Assembly: GCA_043228905.1 (NCBI GenBank)
Contig: JBHGNT010000008.1
Location: 11,470,001 to 11,534,000 of the forward strand
Source of the DNA: Azolla caroliniana
Lineage: Eukaryota; Plantae; Polypodiophyta
Direction: 5' to 3'
Length of the DNA stretch: 64,000 bases
Both the position numbers and the translations under genes were made by a program. The stretch's first letter is position 1. Every line of letters begins with the position of its first letter. This document shows, piece after piece, positions 37,853-51,500 of this stretch. The notes under the pieces are model-generated. The model was not told where the DNA came from and did not search any database. It saw nothing but the letters and a program-made list of their open reading frames with translations.

Positions 37853-40631
37853 AAGAGTGGGTATTGGGAAAAAAAGATGTGATCAAGAATAGAAATATAG
37901 CTTATTCAAACCATTCAATCACTATCAACCACATGTATTCATGTCATCACAAAATATGCCATCAAGAAGCTTGAAAAAGTTTAGTTATATCATTCCATGC
38001 GTAATACATATCATGTTGAATCTGGACATAATTTTTTATTCGACTACACATCAATAGCTTTTATGTCATATTGAATTGTTATTTATAAAAAAATGTAGAC
38101 ATGCGTAAACTTTTCTCACACCTACTCTCTTGTTGAAACAAACAAAGGGCACGTGGCCTTTTATGTGTATATTCAAACATCAAGTACAAGAGGAACTAAA
38201 CATCCTCATAAATCATGACTCCAATATTTCTCCATTAGTTACCCTTGGGCATGATGTTAAGACCCTAAATATAACTACAATAGTATACATCCCATCTAAA
38301 GAACTTTCCAAAATGATTTGGAGGGAGTTTTGTAAAACTTAACATTTCAAAAATATGTGTCCCACTTACACCTCTAAACTCATAAGGATTTTTCTAAAAC
38401 AGAAAGGATCCTTAAAGTAGGTTTCCTTAAACATCTATAAGAGGTGGTAGTGTGCCTTATCTACATAGAGCAAACTCTTTAAGTTCACGACCACTACATA
38501 AGGTATATTTAATTTTTATCTAAATTTTTCACGAAATTTCTCCTATAGTACATTTTCAAGGTCATATTTTGCTTGGAAGGTTTGGATTTAGAATAAGACC
38601 TTGTAAGATGCTTTTCCATTGAAGGTAGCATTCAAGTAGATTTTATCAAAACCTTCCTATATGACATGTTCAAAAGATCTTAATTAGTTGATTGAACAAC
38701 ATAGAGGGATTGTTTGATTTAATGTAGAGTTAGCCATTTGAGAGTATTCTAATTTCATAAAAGGCCCAATATTGAGTCCAAATTGTGCCAATTGAAGATT
38801 TTGTAATTCCAATAATAAGGTAGATTTCGTAACCAACAATTTAAAGGACAGAGAATTTTAAGCAAGGTGGAATAGCCTCATAATGGTAGGTATCAACACA
38901 AATTTGCAGTGATTATACAATATTTACCCTCGAAATGATATAGACTATCTGTATGGGGCTATATGAGGCTTACATAAAAGCTAAAAACCATAGCGTTTGA
39001 ATGCACAATTCACCTTCAGTTCTAAACGCCTTATTAAAGAGTTTTAGTTACAAGGTAATGTATTGTGATGATTTTGTCTCTATTGAAAAGAAATCTTTGG
39101 GTTTGTTCGCATCTAAATCGCCTCTATCTACTATTATCTTCCCAACACACCCATATCTACATATGACATCTTCGAGAAGGAATCAACATACTGCCAACAT
39201 CATTTTATTTCTCAGTGCTCGACCCTCTACTTGGTTTGTGAGATCCTCTCTTGCTAGCATAAGATACCTCATTTGCCATAGTCCTAATGGCATCACTACA
39301 ATGTCTACCATCCATTTGTAGTGTATCGGTAACGGATAGGTGGGGTGAAGCTCATCCCTGTGGCGAATATTTGAGTAAATATGTCATTCTTTGCATGTCT
39401 CAACATAATTTGTCACATCCTTGTAGAACCCTAGCCACCAATATCTTTCTTTTAACTTTGCAGAAGTCTCCGATTTTCCTTGATGCCTTGCCCAAGCACT
39501 ATTGTGAAACTTAACTATAAGTGTGTGTTGCTCTTCTTTCTTGCATACAACACGCAATGGAGCTCCTTTCCGTTTCTTTGGATGCTTCCAAAGATATCCA
39601 TCTTTAAGGAAGTATTTATATGCTTTCTTCTGGGTTTGACGGAAATCCTCACCCATCCGCGATTCATCCTTCTTTAGGGAACTTAGGTATTTGCCGATTT
39701 CTATGAACTCCCTTTTATAATCTCCCTCTTTGAAAATTGTCAACATTTGAGCACAAGAAAATGTGAAGAAGTCTAAGACAATATTTTCTTCATTAGATCT
39801 GGAGTCTTCCACATTGTTGTATCTTGCTCGTGACAACATATTTGCCACCACATTATGCTTTCCTACTACATGCCATGTTTCTAGATTAAGTGACTTGATA
39901 TGTGCAATCCATCGCAACATAGCAATGTCAGGAGTGGCGCAACTAGAAATCATCGCAACATAGCAATGTCAGGAGTGGCACAACTAGAAATCATACCAAG
40001 TATGGTAGGCAATTTGCGTTGATTATGACCTCCGTTCCAATAAGATAATCATGGTCAGCTTTCGCAATAGATATGATCCCCCATAGCTCCCTCTTTACTT
40101 TAGTGTACTTCCTTTGTTTGTCACTCAACACATTCACACCGAATCAAATCGCATATCAATTCTTTTCTTTGTCTTCTTGATTGATAACTCATCTGATCCC
40201 AGTTAGGCTCATATCCATAGTCACATATATCAGCTTACCTTCGACATAATCAACCTTTCGTAGTGCCGAAACTTCAAGTAGTAGTTTCTTCAATCTTCGT
40301 ATCGCATTTGTGTGCTCCTTTTGCCCTTCGAAGAATCTTCCTTTTCTTTAGTAATCCATATAATGGATCTCTGACATGAGCGCCGTGGGGAATCCCTACA
40401 TGATAAAAGGCAATTCTCCCAAGAATCTTCGCACCTCTGTCTGGGACATATATTCTTCCTTCATCTCTTGGATAACATCCACTTTGGTTGGAGACGATTT
40501 TTGGCCATATGCTCCACACAAGTGTCCTACTACCAATACTTTTGGTTGCCTGAATGCAGACTTCTCTCCCAAATTTGTGAGGTTCGCGTCTTCTAGTTTC
40601 TGCAATACCTTCTCACAATCTTTAATGTGGT

Positions 40632-43600
40632 TGTTAAGAATAGCGTGCGAAAGCTTGTAGACAAACCGGCTCAGCCGGATTACAACAATAAAACAGAGAA
40701 TGAAGGTTTAATGGAAGCTTAAGAACACGGGAGAGATAGAGAGAGCAGAAAGCATCAATTACATTCAAAATAATAACACTCTGTATTTACAAATGTCCTA
40801 CAGAACACTTTTTATACAAGTCCTTAAAAGGACTGACAGGAGTACTTAAATGCTCATATGAGCGATTAACACTAACCCCCAAAAAATAAGCTTACGTACT
40901 AGGCTAGATTCGTAGGCCTTTAACGGCCTACCGGTTACAATCCGATCTGGCTCTTGGTTCCGGATACTGATCCAGACACTCATCCAGTTCTTCCTTCTGG
41001 ACACCGATCCAGCTCTAGCTTATTTAGCCGATTCAGATCCAGTTGAGCTTGTCTGCGCAACACTCCCCCTCAAGCTCAACTTGAGGTCGGATCATAGTGT
41101 CTGTGTCTGTGGTAGCCGGTCCTCTCCCTCGGCTCTCCCTAGCGTCCTCCCGCCTGGCTCGCGCTCTCCATCCGGTCCGGTTCCTCTTCCCGCGACGCGT
41201 CCGGTTCCGCGCATCTTGACCTTGTCGATCGGCTTGTCTACTCAAAAGGCCCATCTCAGCTCCTTTGCTGGTATGACTCTGACGCGTCTCAACCCGTCGG
41301 TTCCTCTGTGTCGGTGTCGACTTCCGGTGCCTCCTTGTCCGTTTGGCCTTCAATTGATCCGGCTCCTCCGAATCAAGCCCCGATTCTGAATCAGGTGCCT
41401 CCGATTCATTCCAGCTCTTGTCCGAATTGGCTGTCTCCAATTCTTCCTCAATCTTCACACCCTTTACCACATCGAACCACATTCGGGTCTTGGCCGCTTC
41501 CTTTTTCTTATTCTTGTCTCCCCCCATCTCTCCGACTCTTTGTCTAGTACCATCACCTGTTTTCTCAATTTTTGTTCCGGTTCTCCCCATATCAATCTTG
41601 GTTCTCCCCCTCAAGTGCAGCATGTTGAGATGTTGAAGACCAAGCATCTCTGAAAAATGTTGCAACTTGTCTAGGTCGAGAGGTTTGGTGAAGATGTCGA
41701 AAACCTATTGATCCGTCTGGACATACTTGAGTTCTACTTCACCACTGAGGACCCGCTCACGCACAAAGTGATAATGCACTTCTATGTACTATTTCGTTTG
41801 ACCATGGAACACATGGTTCTTGGCTACCTGCATGCTACTCATGTTGTCGTAGTAGATCGGGACAAGAGTCGGTACTTCCATCCAGAGTTCTTGCAGTAGC
41901 TACCGAAGCCTAAGGGCTTCACAGGTGGCAATGGTAGTGTCCCGATACTCAGCCTCAATGCGCGAAAGAGCCACTGTTGGCTGCTTCTTGCTACTCCACG
42001 CAACAGTCATGCTACCTAGGGAGAACATGTAACCGGAAGTGGACTGACGATCTGATGCATCATCGGCCCAATCGGCATCCGTATATTTGACTAGCTTCTC
42101 GGTTAGACCGTGTTGGTATAATAGTCCATGATTCTTAGTGCCGGTAACATATCTCAGTATCCGGTGCACGCATTGTAGGTACTCCATGGTTGGCTTCTGC
42201 ATGAATTGACTGGTCGCTCCGACCGGATAGCTAATGTTGGGTCGAGTGATCGTTGAATAAATAAGTCTTCTGACAATATGTCGAAACAATTTCTCATCGC
42301 AGGCCGTTTCGGAGTCGGGACGAAGCTTTAGGTTCCGGTCCAGGGGAGTGCAGACTAGTCAACAATCTATCATGCCGAACTTGTATAGCATATTCAGCAC
42401 ATAATGTCGCTGAGATAACAATATGACATCGGGGGTATGGATCACTTTGATCCGAGGAAGTAATGAAGGTCCCCCAGGTCCATTTCAAATGCATCCGATA
42501 GTTGGGACTTCACTCGGCCGATTTCAGTGAGGCTGGGTCCGGTGATGACTAGATCATCCACGTAGAACAAGATACATACCAGACCTTCTGGACCTTTCCG
42601 GATGAACAATGAAGAGTCCAACTTCGAGGTAGCAAACCCCATCTTACGCAACTGATGAGTGATCTTCGAATTCCAAGCTCGAAGGGCTTGCTTCAAGCCG
42701 TAAAGCGACTTCTTGAGTCAGCAAACTGCCGACTTGTTCATCTTTGACTGAAAAGGGGGGGATTGGATCATGTAGAGCTATTCTTCAAGATCACCTTGAA
42801 GAAATGCATTCTTTACATCCATTTGGTGAAGATGCCACCCTCTTGCGGCAACAACCGCTAGCACCACACAAACCGTCGTCATCTTTGCTACCGGAACGAA
42901 GGTCTCGTCATAGTCAATTCTGTGGGTCTGCGCGTATCCTTTGGCCACTAACCGGGCCTTGCACCAGTTGACTGAACTGTCAACATTATACTATACCTTG
43001 TACACCCACTTGCAACCAATCGGTTTGCAATGTCGGGGAGGGTCAACTAGGTCCCATGTGTCCTTGGCATCAAGTGCTCGCATCTCTTCCTCCATTGTGG
43101 CATGCCAATGCGCGTCGTTTGCCATTGGCGTAGGTCTACGGCTCACGCACCTCCGTGATTTCGTCATGTATGCATAGTGATGCACCATGTACTCATTATA
43201 TCCATACCTCTTTATAGGGTTCTTCTGGCGGGTGGATCAACGTAACTTCTCGTTAGTCCATTTCAAGGCCCTCGTGGCCGGCTCAAATTTCATTCCTGAA
43301 GGTCCAGTCCGTCTTCGTTCTTTCCGAAGTCAGATTCACTTCGATGCGACTCGTCTGTGTCGGTGTTGTATTCCAACATCTTCTTCTTCGCTTTTTCTTT
43401 GCACGTGAACCATCTCCTCGGTTCCTTACGCGGGGAAAGCATAACCGAGTCTCTACTACTCGCCGGCTCTTCATCTGACTGGTCATGCCTGAAGTTTAAA
43501 ATCATTGCCGGCCACAACCGGTTGTACGTGTGCAGAATAATAGTCAATCTAATGGAAAGGAAAAACAGAATACAGAAACTGAGAATGACACAGATTTTAA

Positions 43601-46600
43601 CGTGGAAACCCGAACTGGGGAAAAACCACGTGGAGTCCACAAACTCCGAAACAGAACACTATGAGAGAAAGGAATACAATCAGAGATCTCAGAGGCAATG
43701 ACCTCGAAATCCTGCTTCGCCAACAAGCGGCTATGGAGCTCACACTCTTCCACTCACACTCGTTCACACTCACAGTTACAATGGCAACAACCTCTTCAAT
43801 AGTAACTTTTCGATACAACACTTATCTAACATGATTGCCCTAAGTACTTGTAACCTTTCGACTATTTACAAGTTTAGCCTTCTGGTTTCAGCCTCGGCCG
43901 AGTTGCTCATCAACGCGGTTCTTCTAAATTCCCATCCGAAGGGATCTGTTTCCTAACAATGCCGACTCAGTCGCTCATTCGACCCATTTAGCTGAAATGA
44001 GATCGAACTCTCATCAAGAGTACCGAGTTCTTCTTCATCTTCTACCTGGATCGTTTCGGCCTCACTGGCCTCATCCACAGGAATCGGGTCATGTGCTGAC
44101 TGGCCTCATTGCAATGCTACTAAATATCTTAAGGTGCCTTAAATTCGTCTTCCGCCCGAAATATAGCTCATGTGCTGACACCTTATCTCCGATCCGGTTT
44201 TGGATGTAGACATCTGTCCGAACCTCTTTGGCCTAGTAGAACCTAGGCATGCTCTTCTCTTCTAGCATTACCTGTGCTACCTCCACAATTAAGCGGTTCT
44301 TCCTTTCGGCCACACTGTTTTGTTCTAATGTGTATCGATAGCTGAATTCCCTCTGGATTCGGTTCTGCTGCAGATAACTGTTGAATTGGCTGGAAAAGTA
44401 TTCTTTTCCGCCATCCGACCGCAAACACTTGATCTTCCTCTCCGTTTCCCATTCCACAAGACTTTGCAGGTTCCGGAAATAGTCGAAAACTTCGCTTTTC
44501 TTTTCAATTAGGTAGATCCATGTGTGCCGACTGTACTCGTCGGTGAAGGAGATGAAATATCGGCTCACGCCAAGACTAATGTTTTGTGCCGGTCCCCATA
44601 CATCCGAATGTATTAGATCAAGCTTGTTATGGCTCCGGTTTCTTTCAGTGTGGAATGGAAGCTGGTGTTGCTTCTCGAGTTGGCTAGTTTCACAAATTTG
44701 GGCCTTCCGGCCACTGAATTTTGGCAATCCAAAAACAACAAGTTTCGATTGTAGGTCTTGAAGCCTCTAATAGTTAACATGGCTGATCTGCTTGTGCCAC
44801 AGGTCGATATCCGATTCAACTTTCTGTCTTTTTGCGAACATCATGGTGTCGATGTCGTTGGTGTTGAGGATAAATATCCTCCCGTCCTTGCACCCTTGCA
44901 CAATTATTCGGCCTTCTTCCTCGATGAAGCACCCGAGGTGCGTAAACCGCACGTACCTCCATCCCCTGCTCGACGATCTGCTCGATCGACATCAGGTTCT
45001 TTGTGATTGTCGGAACATGTAGTACGTTTATCAGCTTTCCCTTTTGTCCGACATGGCTTAAAGGGACTTCTCCAACATGCACAATCAAGTGAGGAGTGTC
45101 ATCTCTGATTTCGACAACTCCCGGTTGCTCCGGCTTTTCCAGAAACGAGAACTAGTCTTCGTAGTTCGTCATGTGGTTAGATGCTCCGGAGACAACATAC
45201 CACACTTCAATCCGAAAGTGGTCTTGTTCATCAAGTTCGCCTTGTGTTTCATCACAAAGGCTGACCCTTTTCTGGTCTTTACGGTTCCAGATCCTTCTCA
45301 TCCTTCTACGTAGTGCGAGCTCTGCCGGTTCCCTTGTCTGGCCTTACTAGATCCAGATTTATCTGGATCGACGTGCTTCTTCCAACACTCGCTCTCTCGG
45401 TGGCCCTTCTTGCCACAATACCAGCATTCTGTGTCGGATTTCGATTTCCGATTCTTGACTCCCCCTGCTTGTGGAGGGTCCGGAACTATTGTTGGACTAT
45501 CTCCGTGCCTCCAATTCTGCTCTTGCCGGTCACCACTATTGCATGCCGACCCACCTCGTCCTCCACGCCCACGGGGCTGATTGCCTCCATGTATAGCATC
45601 TCGTTGTGCGATTGAGTCATCCTTGACCCACTCACATGGTTTTCTTTGACCATGAGCATCCATTGCAAGTCAAAGGACGGTGGCTTCTCTCGGGTGCAAA
45701 TTGCCGTCCGGATTGGCCTGTACCGGTTTGTTAGACCACTGAGGCAGATCTGGACCATCTCGTCTTCATTCACCATCACGTTGATGGACCTGAGCGCGTC
45801 GCAAATCTCCTTGATCTTGGTGGTGTAGTCGGTGACCGACATGTCCCGTTGTCGGATACTATTGAGCTCTTCCCGGAGCTGCAACTTCCTAGCCGTGGTA
45901 CTTGTGGCGAAAATCTTCCGGACATTTTCCTAGGCCTGTTTTGGCGTTTTTGCATCCATGATGTAGTCGAGCATCTGGATGTGCACATAGGAGGCGAGAC
46001 AGTACAATACTCAGCTCGCTCCTTGTTCCCATACCGGGAAGTTCTTGTGTGCCAAATCTGGCGTTGCTACATTTCCTCCTTCCACGTGGCTCCAATATCC
46101 ATGCCCCAACAGATACTGGTGCATTTTATACGACCAAGATGCATTATTGCTCTGGTTGAGCTTTTCTGTTGGAAGCGAGCTTGCCATACTTTTGTCCATA
46201 TCTTATTTCTTTTCGGTCTGTGCTTTTCTAGAAGTTAGGGTTTGCCTTTGGAAATCGCTTGTCGGCGGCAGAGGTTTTCAACCCTCTCACTCTGATACCA
46301 TGTTAAGAATAACATGCGGAAGCTTGTAGACAAACCGGCTTAGCCGGATTACAACAATAAAATAGAGAATGAAGGTTTAATAGTAGCTTAAGAACACATG
46401 AGAGACGGAGAGAGCAAAAAGCATCAACTACATTCAAAATAATAATACTCTATATTTACAAATGTCCTACATAACACTTTTAATACAAGTCCTTAAAAGG
46501 ACTGACAAAATTACTAACAAGTACTTCAATGCTCATACGAGCAACTGACACCGACTCCCAAATAATACGCCTATGTACTAGGCTAGATTCGTAGGCCTCT

Positions 46601-46753
46601 AATGGCCTACCGGTTACAATCCGATCCGTCTATCTAATCCGAGTCTTGGTTCCGGATACCGATCTGGACACTGATCCGGTTCTTCGTTCCGGACACCGAT
46701 CTAGCTCTGGCTTATTCAGCCGATCCAGATCCGTTGAGCTTGTCCACTCACTA
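40632..46753 (-). mobile_element. Copia D (relative of copia B), near full-length but decayed
   Basis: LTRs 46301-46753 and 40632-41062, TSD GTGGT, PBS 46289-46300, PPT 41063-41073. gag, IN, RT (FYVDDLVI) and RH remnants are homologous to copia B. Confidence 0.92.
43490..43958 (-). mobile_element. Solo LTR (copia C-related) inserted in copia D
   Basis: Minus strand starts TGTTAGGAAACAGATCCCTTCGGATG and ends CA; TSD ATGCC on both sides (43485-43489, 43959-43963). Confidence 0.9.
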
Positions 46754-47814
46754 GTGGTCTATCACAAATCTTCGACACCAAATCTCATCCTTTGACTCAT
46801 CTTTTTCTTCTTCTAAAGAACCCTTGATTGGTATGTTATCCAAAAATGGCATGGTTATCTTAGGAATGCAATCTCTTAATACTTTATTCATCGCATTACC
46901 AAATTTGTTATAGAGCTGGTTGCACCTTGAGGTAAAGTGCGAATTCCTACCAATCCTATTGGGTTCTCATCGTTATGAGGTCTTTACTATCAATTGCTAG
47001 TTAAAACTAATCGTAGACTTAGTAGAGATCACCAATAGAATAAATGGATCTTCTCGTGAATGCTTCTGCGAATTTATCGATATTTGGACCAATTCTAGCA
47101 TTGCGGATCATCACTTTATTCACCGGTTGAAGGTCTTGTATGAACCTTAAGGTCACATTCTTCTTTGGTACTATGAACCACTTATTTGAGTTTAAAGGAG
47201 CCTTCTACGGTTCCAGAATTCCCATCTTGACCTTCTCTTTCAAGAGCTTGATTAATTTTGGAATGTGTGCTCTTGGGACCGGTATCGGCTTTAGGTTCCA
47301 CGATACATGTGGTATTGTGAATATCACCATCGGTTCTATTATCCTCAAATCAGCGCATCCGATTTCTTTTGGATAGAATGCAAATGCTTTCCCATATCTT
47401 TCGAGCATTTCACAAAATGCGATTTCTTCTTCTGAGAAGAGAAATTCATCTTTCCGGACACGAAGCTTCTCTCTTTTCTTTTAAGTGAAGGTATGTCTGA
47501 TTCCTCTCGTATCCCTTAGGCTTGGATCTCGTGCAACCTCCTTCATTCTTTGCTAGCTATCTTTAGGTAGCGAAATAGCAACATGCTTTATTTTTTTGTC
47601 CACCGTTTTGTATTTTGTGTTAACTTCAACCATCTCGGCCATGATACTTCATTTATACTCATCGATGAAAACATACATTTCAATGGAGTTTATTTGAATT
47701 ATTTGATGATCCATGACATTCCTCCATGACATTCTCCATTTTCGCCAATGGTGTCGTTAAATGAGACTTCCTCCATAACCCATTTGATGCTTTTATCGCC
47801 TTCCATTATTTGTT

Positions 47815-48160
47815 CTTCAGCCAGAATGGCCAACCATTTGATATGCCGACAAATGAGGACTCGGCCGTGCAATTCCCGAGGGTGAAGCCGAAGAGATGGT
47901 TTGCCACTAGAGAGAAGGGAAAGAAAAGGATGCCGGAATATGGCACATAAGCAAGAATGTGGGATTGGAGTGAATCCAATGGTGCCATGAACGAACACGA
48001 ACCTCTAGACTTGAGGTAGGAATTGGCCAAGAGGGCCTTGAAAATGGACAACAAGAGGTTGCACCGGTCAACTCGCCAGAAGAACCCCGTAGTTCGATAT
48101 GGGTATAATGAGTACATGGTGCATCATTATGCGTACTTGATCAAAGTGGTGGAGATACGT
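47815..48160 (+). mobile_element. Fragment of a copia B/D-family element (integrase-RT linker)
   Basis: RSTRQKNPVVRYGYNEYMVHHYAY matches the linkers of copia B (~10400) and D (~43200). Confidence 0.85.
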
Positions 48161-48519
48161 TGTCGTGTGGTTTTTCACACACGATATGAAAAACTATGTA
48201 AACAAATAATGAAATAATTATTTTAGATTAGATTAGTAGCTTGTTATAGAAAGATAGATGTACTCAAGAGCTTTAAAACGCATTTCACTACATAGAAAAT
48301 GGAAGTTATGAGAACATAAAGTTTGAGAAGATAGGGAAAATAGAACTATGATTTATCTCACATAGATAGGAAACATAAGGCCTTGGTTATATAAGCAGGG
48401 TTTAGGGTTCTCATTGAGATCCCTCATTTTTCATTTGTGCTAAGATAACAATGCCGTTAAGCAAATCGGAACTAGCTGGTAAGCAAACCAGAACCGGTTG
48501 TTAAGCAATCCGGAACTAG
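48161..48519 (+). mobile_element. 5' part of a type-B/C LTR of the tRNA-Trp family, interrupted by another family member
   Basis: Starts TGTCGTGTGGTTTTTCACACACGA; body matches the LTR at 48520. Confidence 0.85.
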
Positions 48520-51500
48520 TGTCGTGTGAATCTTCACACACTATGTGAAAACTATGTAAAAAAATAATGAAATAATTCTTTAGATTAGATTAGTAGCTTG
48601 TTATAGAAAGATGGATGTACTTGACAAAAGCTTTAAAACACATTTCACTACATACAAAATGGAAGTTATGAGAACATGAAGTTTGAGAAGATAAGGAAAA
48701 TAGAACTATGATTTATCCCACATAGATAGGAAACTTAAGGCCTTGGCTATATAAGCAGGGTTTAGGGTTCACATTGAGATCCCTAATTTTTCATTTGTGC
48801 TAAGAGCACTTTGGCCACTTTGTCTAGATGGATAAATGCGGCCAAGTTACCAAAAAACCAAACTTGATGAATGGATGGATGAACTGGCCGGAAAGCAAAC
48901 CGGAACCAGCCGGAAAGCAATCTAGAACCCACTGGTAAGCAAACCGGAATCAGTCGGAAAGCAAACCGGAATTGGCCGGAAAGCAAACCGAAATCGGCCG
49001 GTAATCAAATCGGAACCGGCTAAAGCGGCAATCGGATGGAGTCGAAAACCGGCCAACACTATCAACCGGAAATCGGCGACCGGACGGAATCGGCGATCGG
49101 ACGAGGCTGGACGCGGATCAGACGGATTGGATGGGCGGCGATTGAGATGGACGGATGATAGGATCATGTGGCAAATTAAAGTAAAGTAAAGGAAACTAAA
49201 GTAAAGGCCATGACTAAAAGAAAAAGCCATGCAACTAAAAGTAGAGGCCATGAAACTAAAAGTGGACATGCAAAGTAACATGGAAGGCTATGATCAATGG
49301 AGAACTCCATATATATTCCATTTTTTTTCCCTACACTTATCTTCTCTCCATTAATTTTCTTTTCATTCTCAGCTCCCTTATCTTATTAGAGCCATATCCC
49401 TCATAAACCCTAATTTCCTTACGGAAGCCATAAACCCTAAATTTCCTTATGGAAGCCATAACCCCTAAATTTCCTTACAGAAGCCATAAACCCTAATTTT
49501 CCCTATGAAAGCCATATCTCTCAAAACCCCTAATTTTTCTTTTCTATTAATCTTAGTAAACCTAAACTTCTGAATCCCAATCTTGGGACATTTTGTAATT
49601 TCATTTCCTTTGTTAATGGAAATTATTAAATTTCTTATTTCTCTTAATTGTTAAACGTATATAAACACACGAATATGATATCCTCTGGTCGGAGGCCCTG
49701 GGGTCCTGCCTCAAGTTCACGTATCCTCGTCGTATTTTTGCGACATCTTTGGTGAACCCGACGTGAAACGAGGCGGCAGGAGGATATGTCATGGAGGCAT
49801 ATACATACAAAGAGTCGAAGAGATGCAAACTATACGAGTTCAACCAATGGGTACCATCATTAAAGACCCACGAAAGTGCCATGCATGCTTTTGTTTAGTT
49901 TGAGTGTCGCTTTGCACAACTCTCGGAGCGGGATCAAAGATTGGTGGGGGTGGAAAAAGTCTTAATGTTTGTGAAGTCAATCGATCAGAAGGAAAGGAAT
50001 GCCATTGGAATACGACTTGAGGATGACGATGGTGGAAATGGCCTCACCAAGGATTGGACGAAAGTGGAAAGAGTATGTCAACTACATGATAAAAGGAAGA
50101 CAAGATTCTCATCGATAACAACACAACCCATGACGAATGGTGAAAGGAGGACAAGAAGCAACATCAAACTACCACCTAAAGAAGAGAGCTTGAAGAGGGA
50201 AGGTTCGATGTTACTGGACATAGAGGCCTTCATAAACGAAGCATATGAAAATTTAAAGGTGCAAGTCGAGGCCAAAGAGAATCTTATAATGGAACCAAAA
50301 CTGATTAAAATGGTTATCAAGGAAGAAGAGACCACCCAACAAAGGTGGAGTAATGATACGGTCAATACGAAGGCCCAAGTTCAGTACGACAGCACCACGG
50401 AAGGTGTGGAAGAAGACACCTTCTCATCTTGCAAAGAAACAATGGAGAAGAATGAAACAAATGAATCGAGGGTGGCGAATGCCAGTTCAAGTGAAGGCAA
50501 ATATTTCGGAACACACATCGTGTCTGAAACATCAAGTGATGAAGGTGCAAGCATGAGCAAAGCTTGCATGATCAAGGAAGATAAAAAGTGTGAGGTCAAC
50601 ATGATTGAGGAGGTAGCCACGAGAAACGACATCGAGTCAGAGGTGGCTAAGGACCAGTCAATGGCGGATGGCCGTGTCAAGACTTTCTCCACACTTGTTC
50701 TAGAGACTTGGGCAGATGCGTCGGAAAGCAAACGTGAGACCCAAGAGACGTAAGGTGGCAGTGAGGAAGTGAAGGCCGAGGCTAACACATGCAAAGATGA
50801 GGGAGAAATAGTCGAGGCTTGCTCGATCAAGAGGATTAATGGGTACGAGGCCCATGAGTCTAAAGAGATTTCCATGAACAATGATGTCTAGCCGAAGAGG
50901 GTAGATGACGATGATGAAAAGCCTCTCCCCACAAAGGATCTTGAGACTTGGGCATTAACCGATGTAAGACCCAAGAGACGGAAGGTGGCGGTGAGGAAAC
51001 AAAGATCAACGCCAATGCAAACAACCATAAGGTGGAAGCGGCTAAGGTGTAGCATGACAAAGACAAACTATGAAAACATATGGATCCCTCCACACTCGTT
51101 CGAGAGACTTGGCCATTAACCGATGCAAGACCCAAGAGAAGGATGGTGGTGGCGAGGAAGCAAGGGTTGAAGCTAGTGCGTGCAACAAGGAAGTCATGGT
51201 CAACCCCAAAGTATATCATGAGAGTAGAAAAAGTGAGAAGCATGAAATGTGTTCACTTAAGGACCTCGAGATGAGCATGCAGTTGAAGAATGAACGACTA
51301 AGAGTACCCAACAATAGTATTTCGATAAGGCCTTTGAAAGGCATGCATGGAACAAGAAAGGATGATAAAAGAAAGTTAGATGACCGAGGAGATGGCCGAG
51401 ACGAAGGTGGCACGTGCACGAGGCATAAAGCATTATGCTCAAGAAGAGCAAAGAGAGCCATGACAACCGGTCATGGAAATGCAAAAAGTGAACGAAGAAT

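Larger units (their letters stand above)
38830..47810 (-). mobile_element. Gypsy E: decayed non-chromoviral Ty3/gypsy pol, split by copia D
   Basis: Minus-strand remnants of RT N-terminus (LKPIPVPRAHIPKLIKLLKEK), RH (LRWIAHIKSLN) and integrase (KLKERYWW; FLLEDVICRYGCVGKI). Boundaries are approximate and no LTRs were recognised. Confidence 0.8.

Noticed and set aside
36500-38800. Short ORFs upstream of the bHLH gene
   Set aside because: No recognisable domains; probably very old repeat debris that cannot be classified by eye.
39911-39993. 41-bp direct repeat
   Set aside because: A local slippage duplication in a dead gypsy RNase H, with no sign of function.
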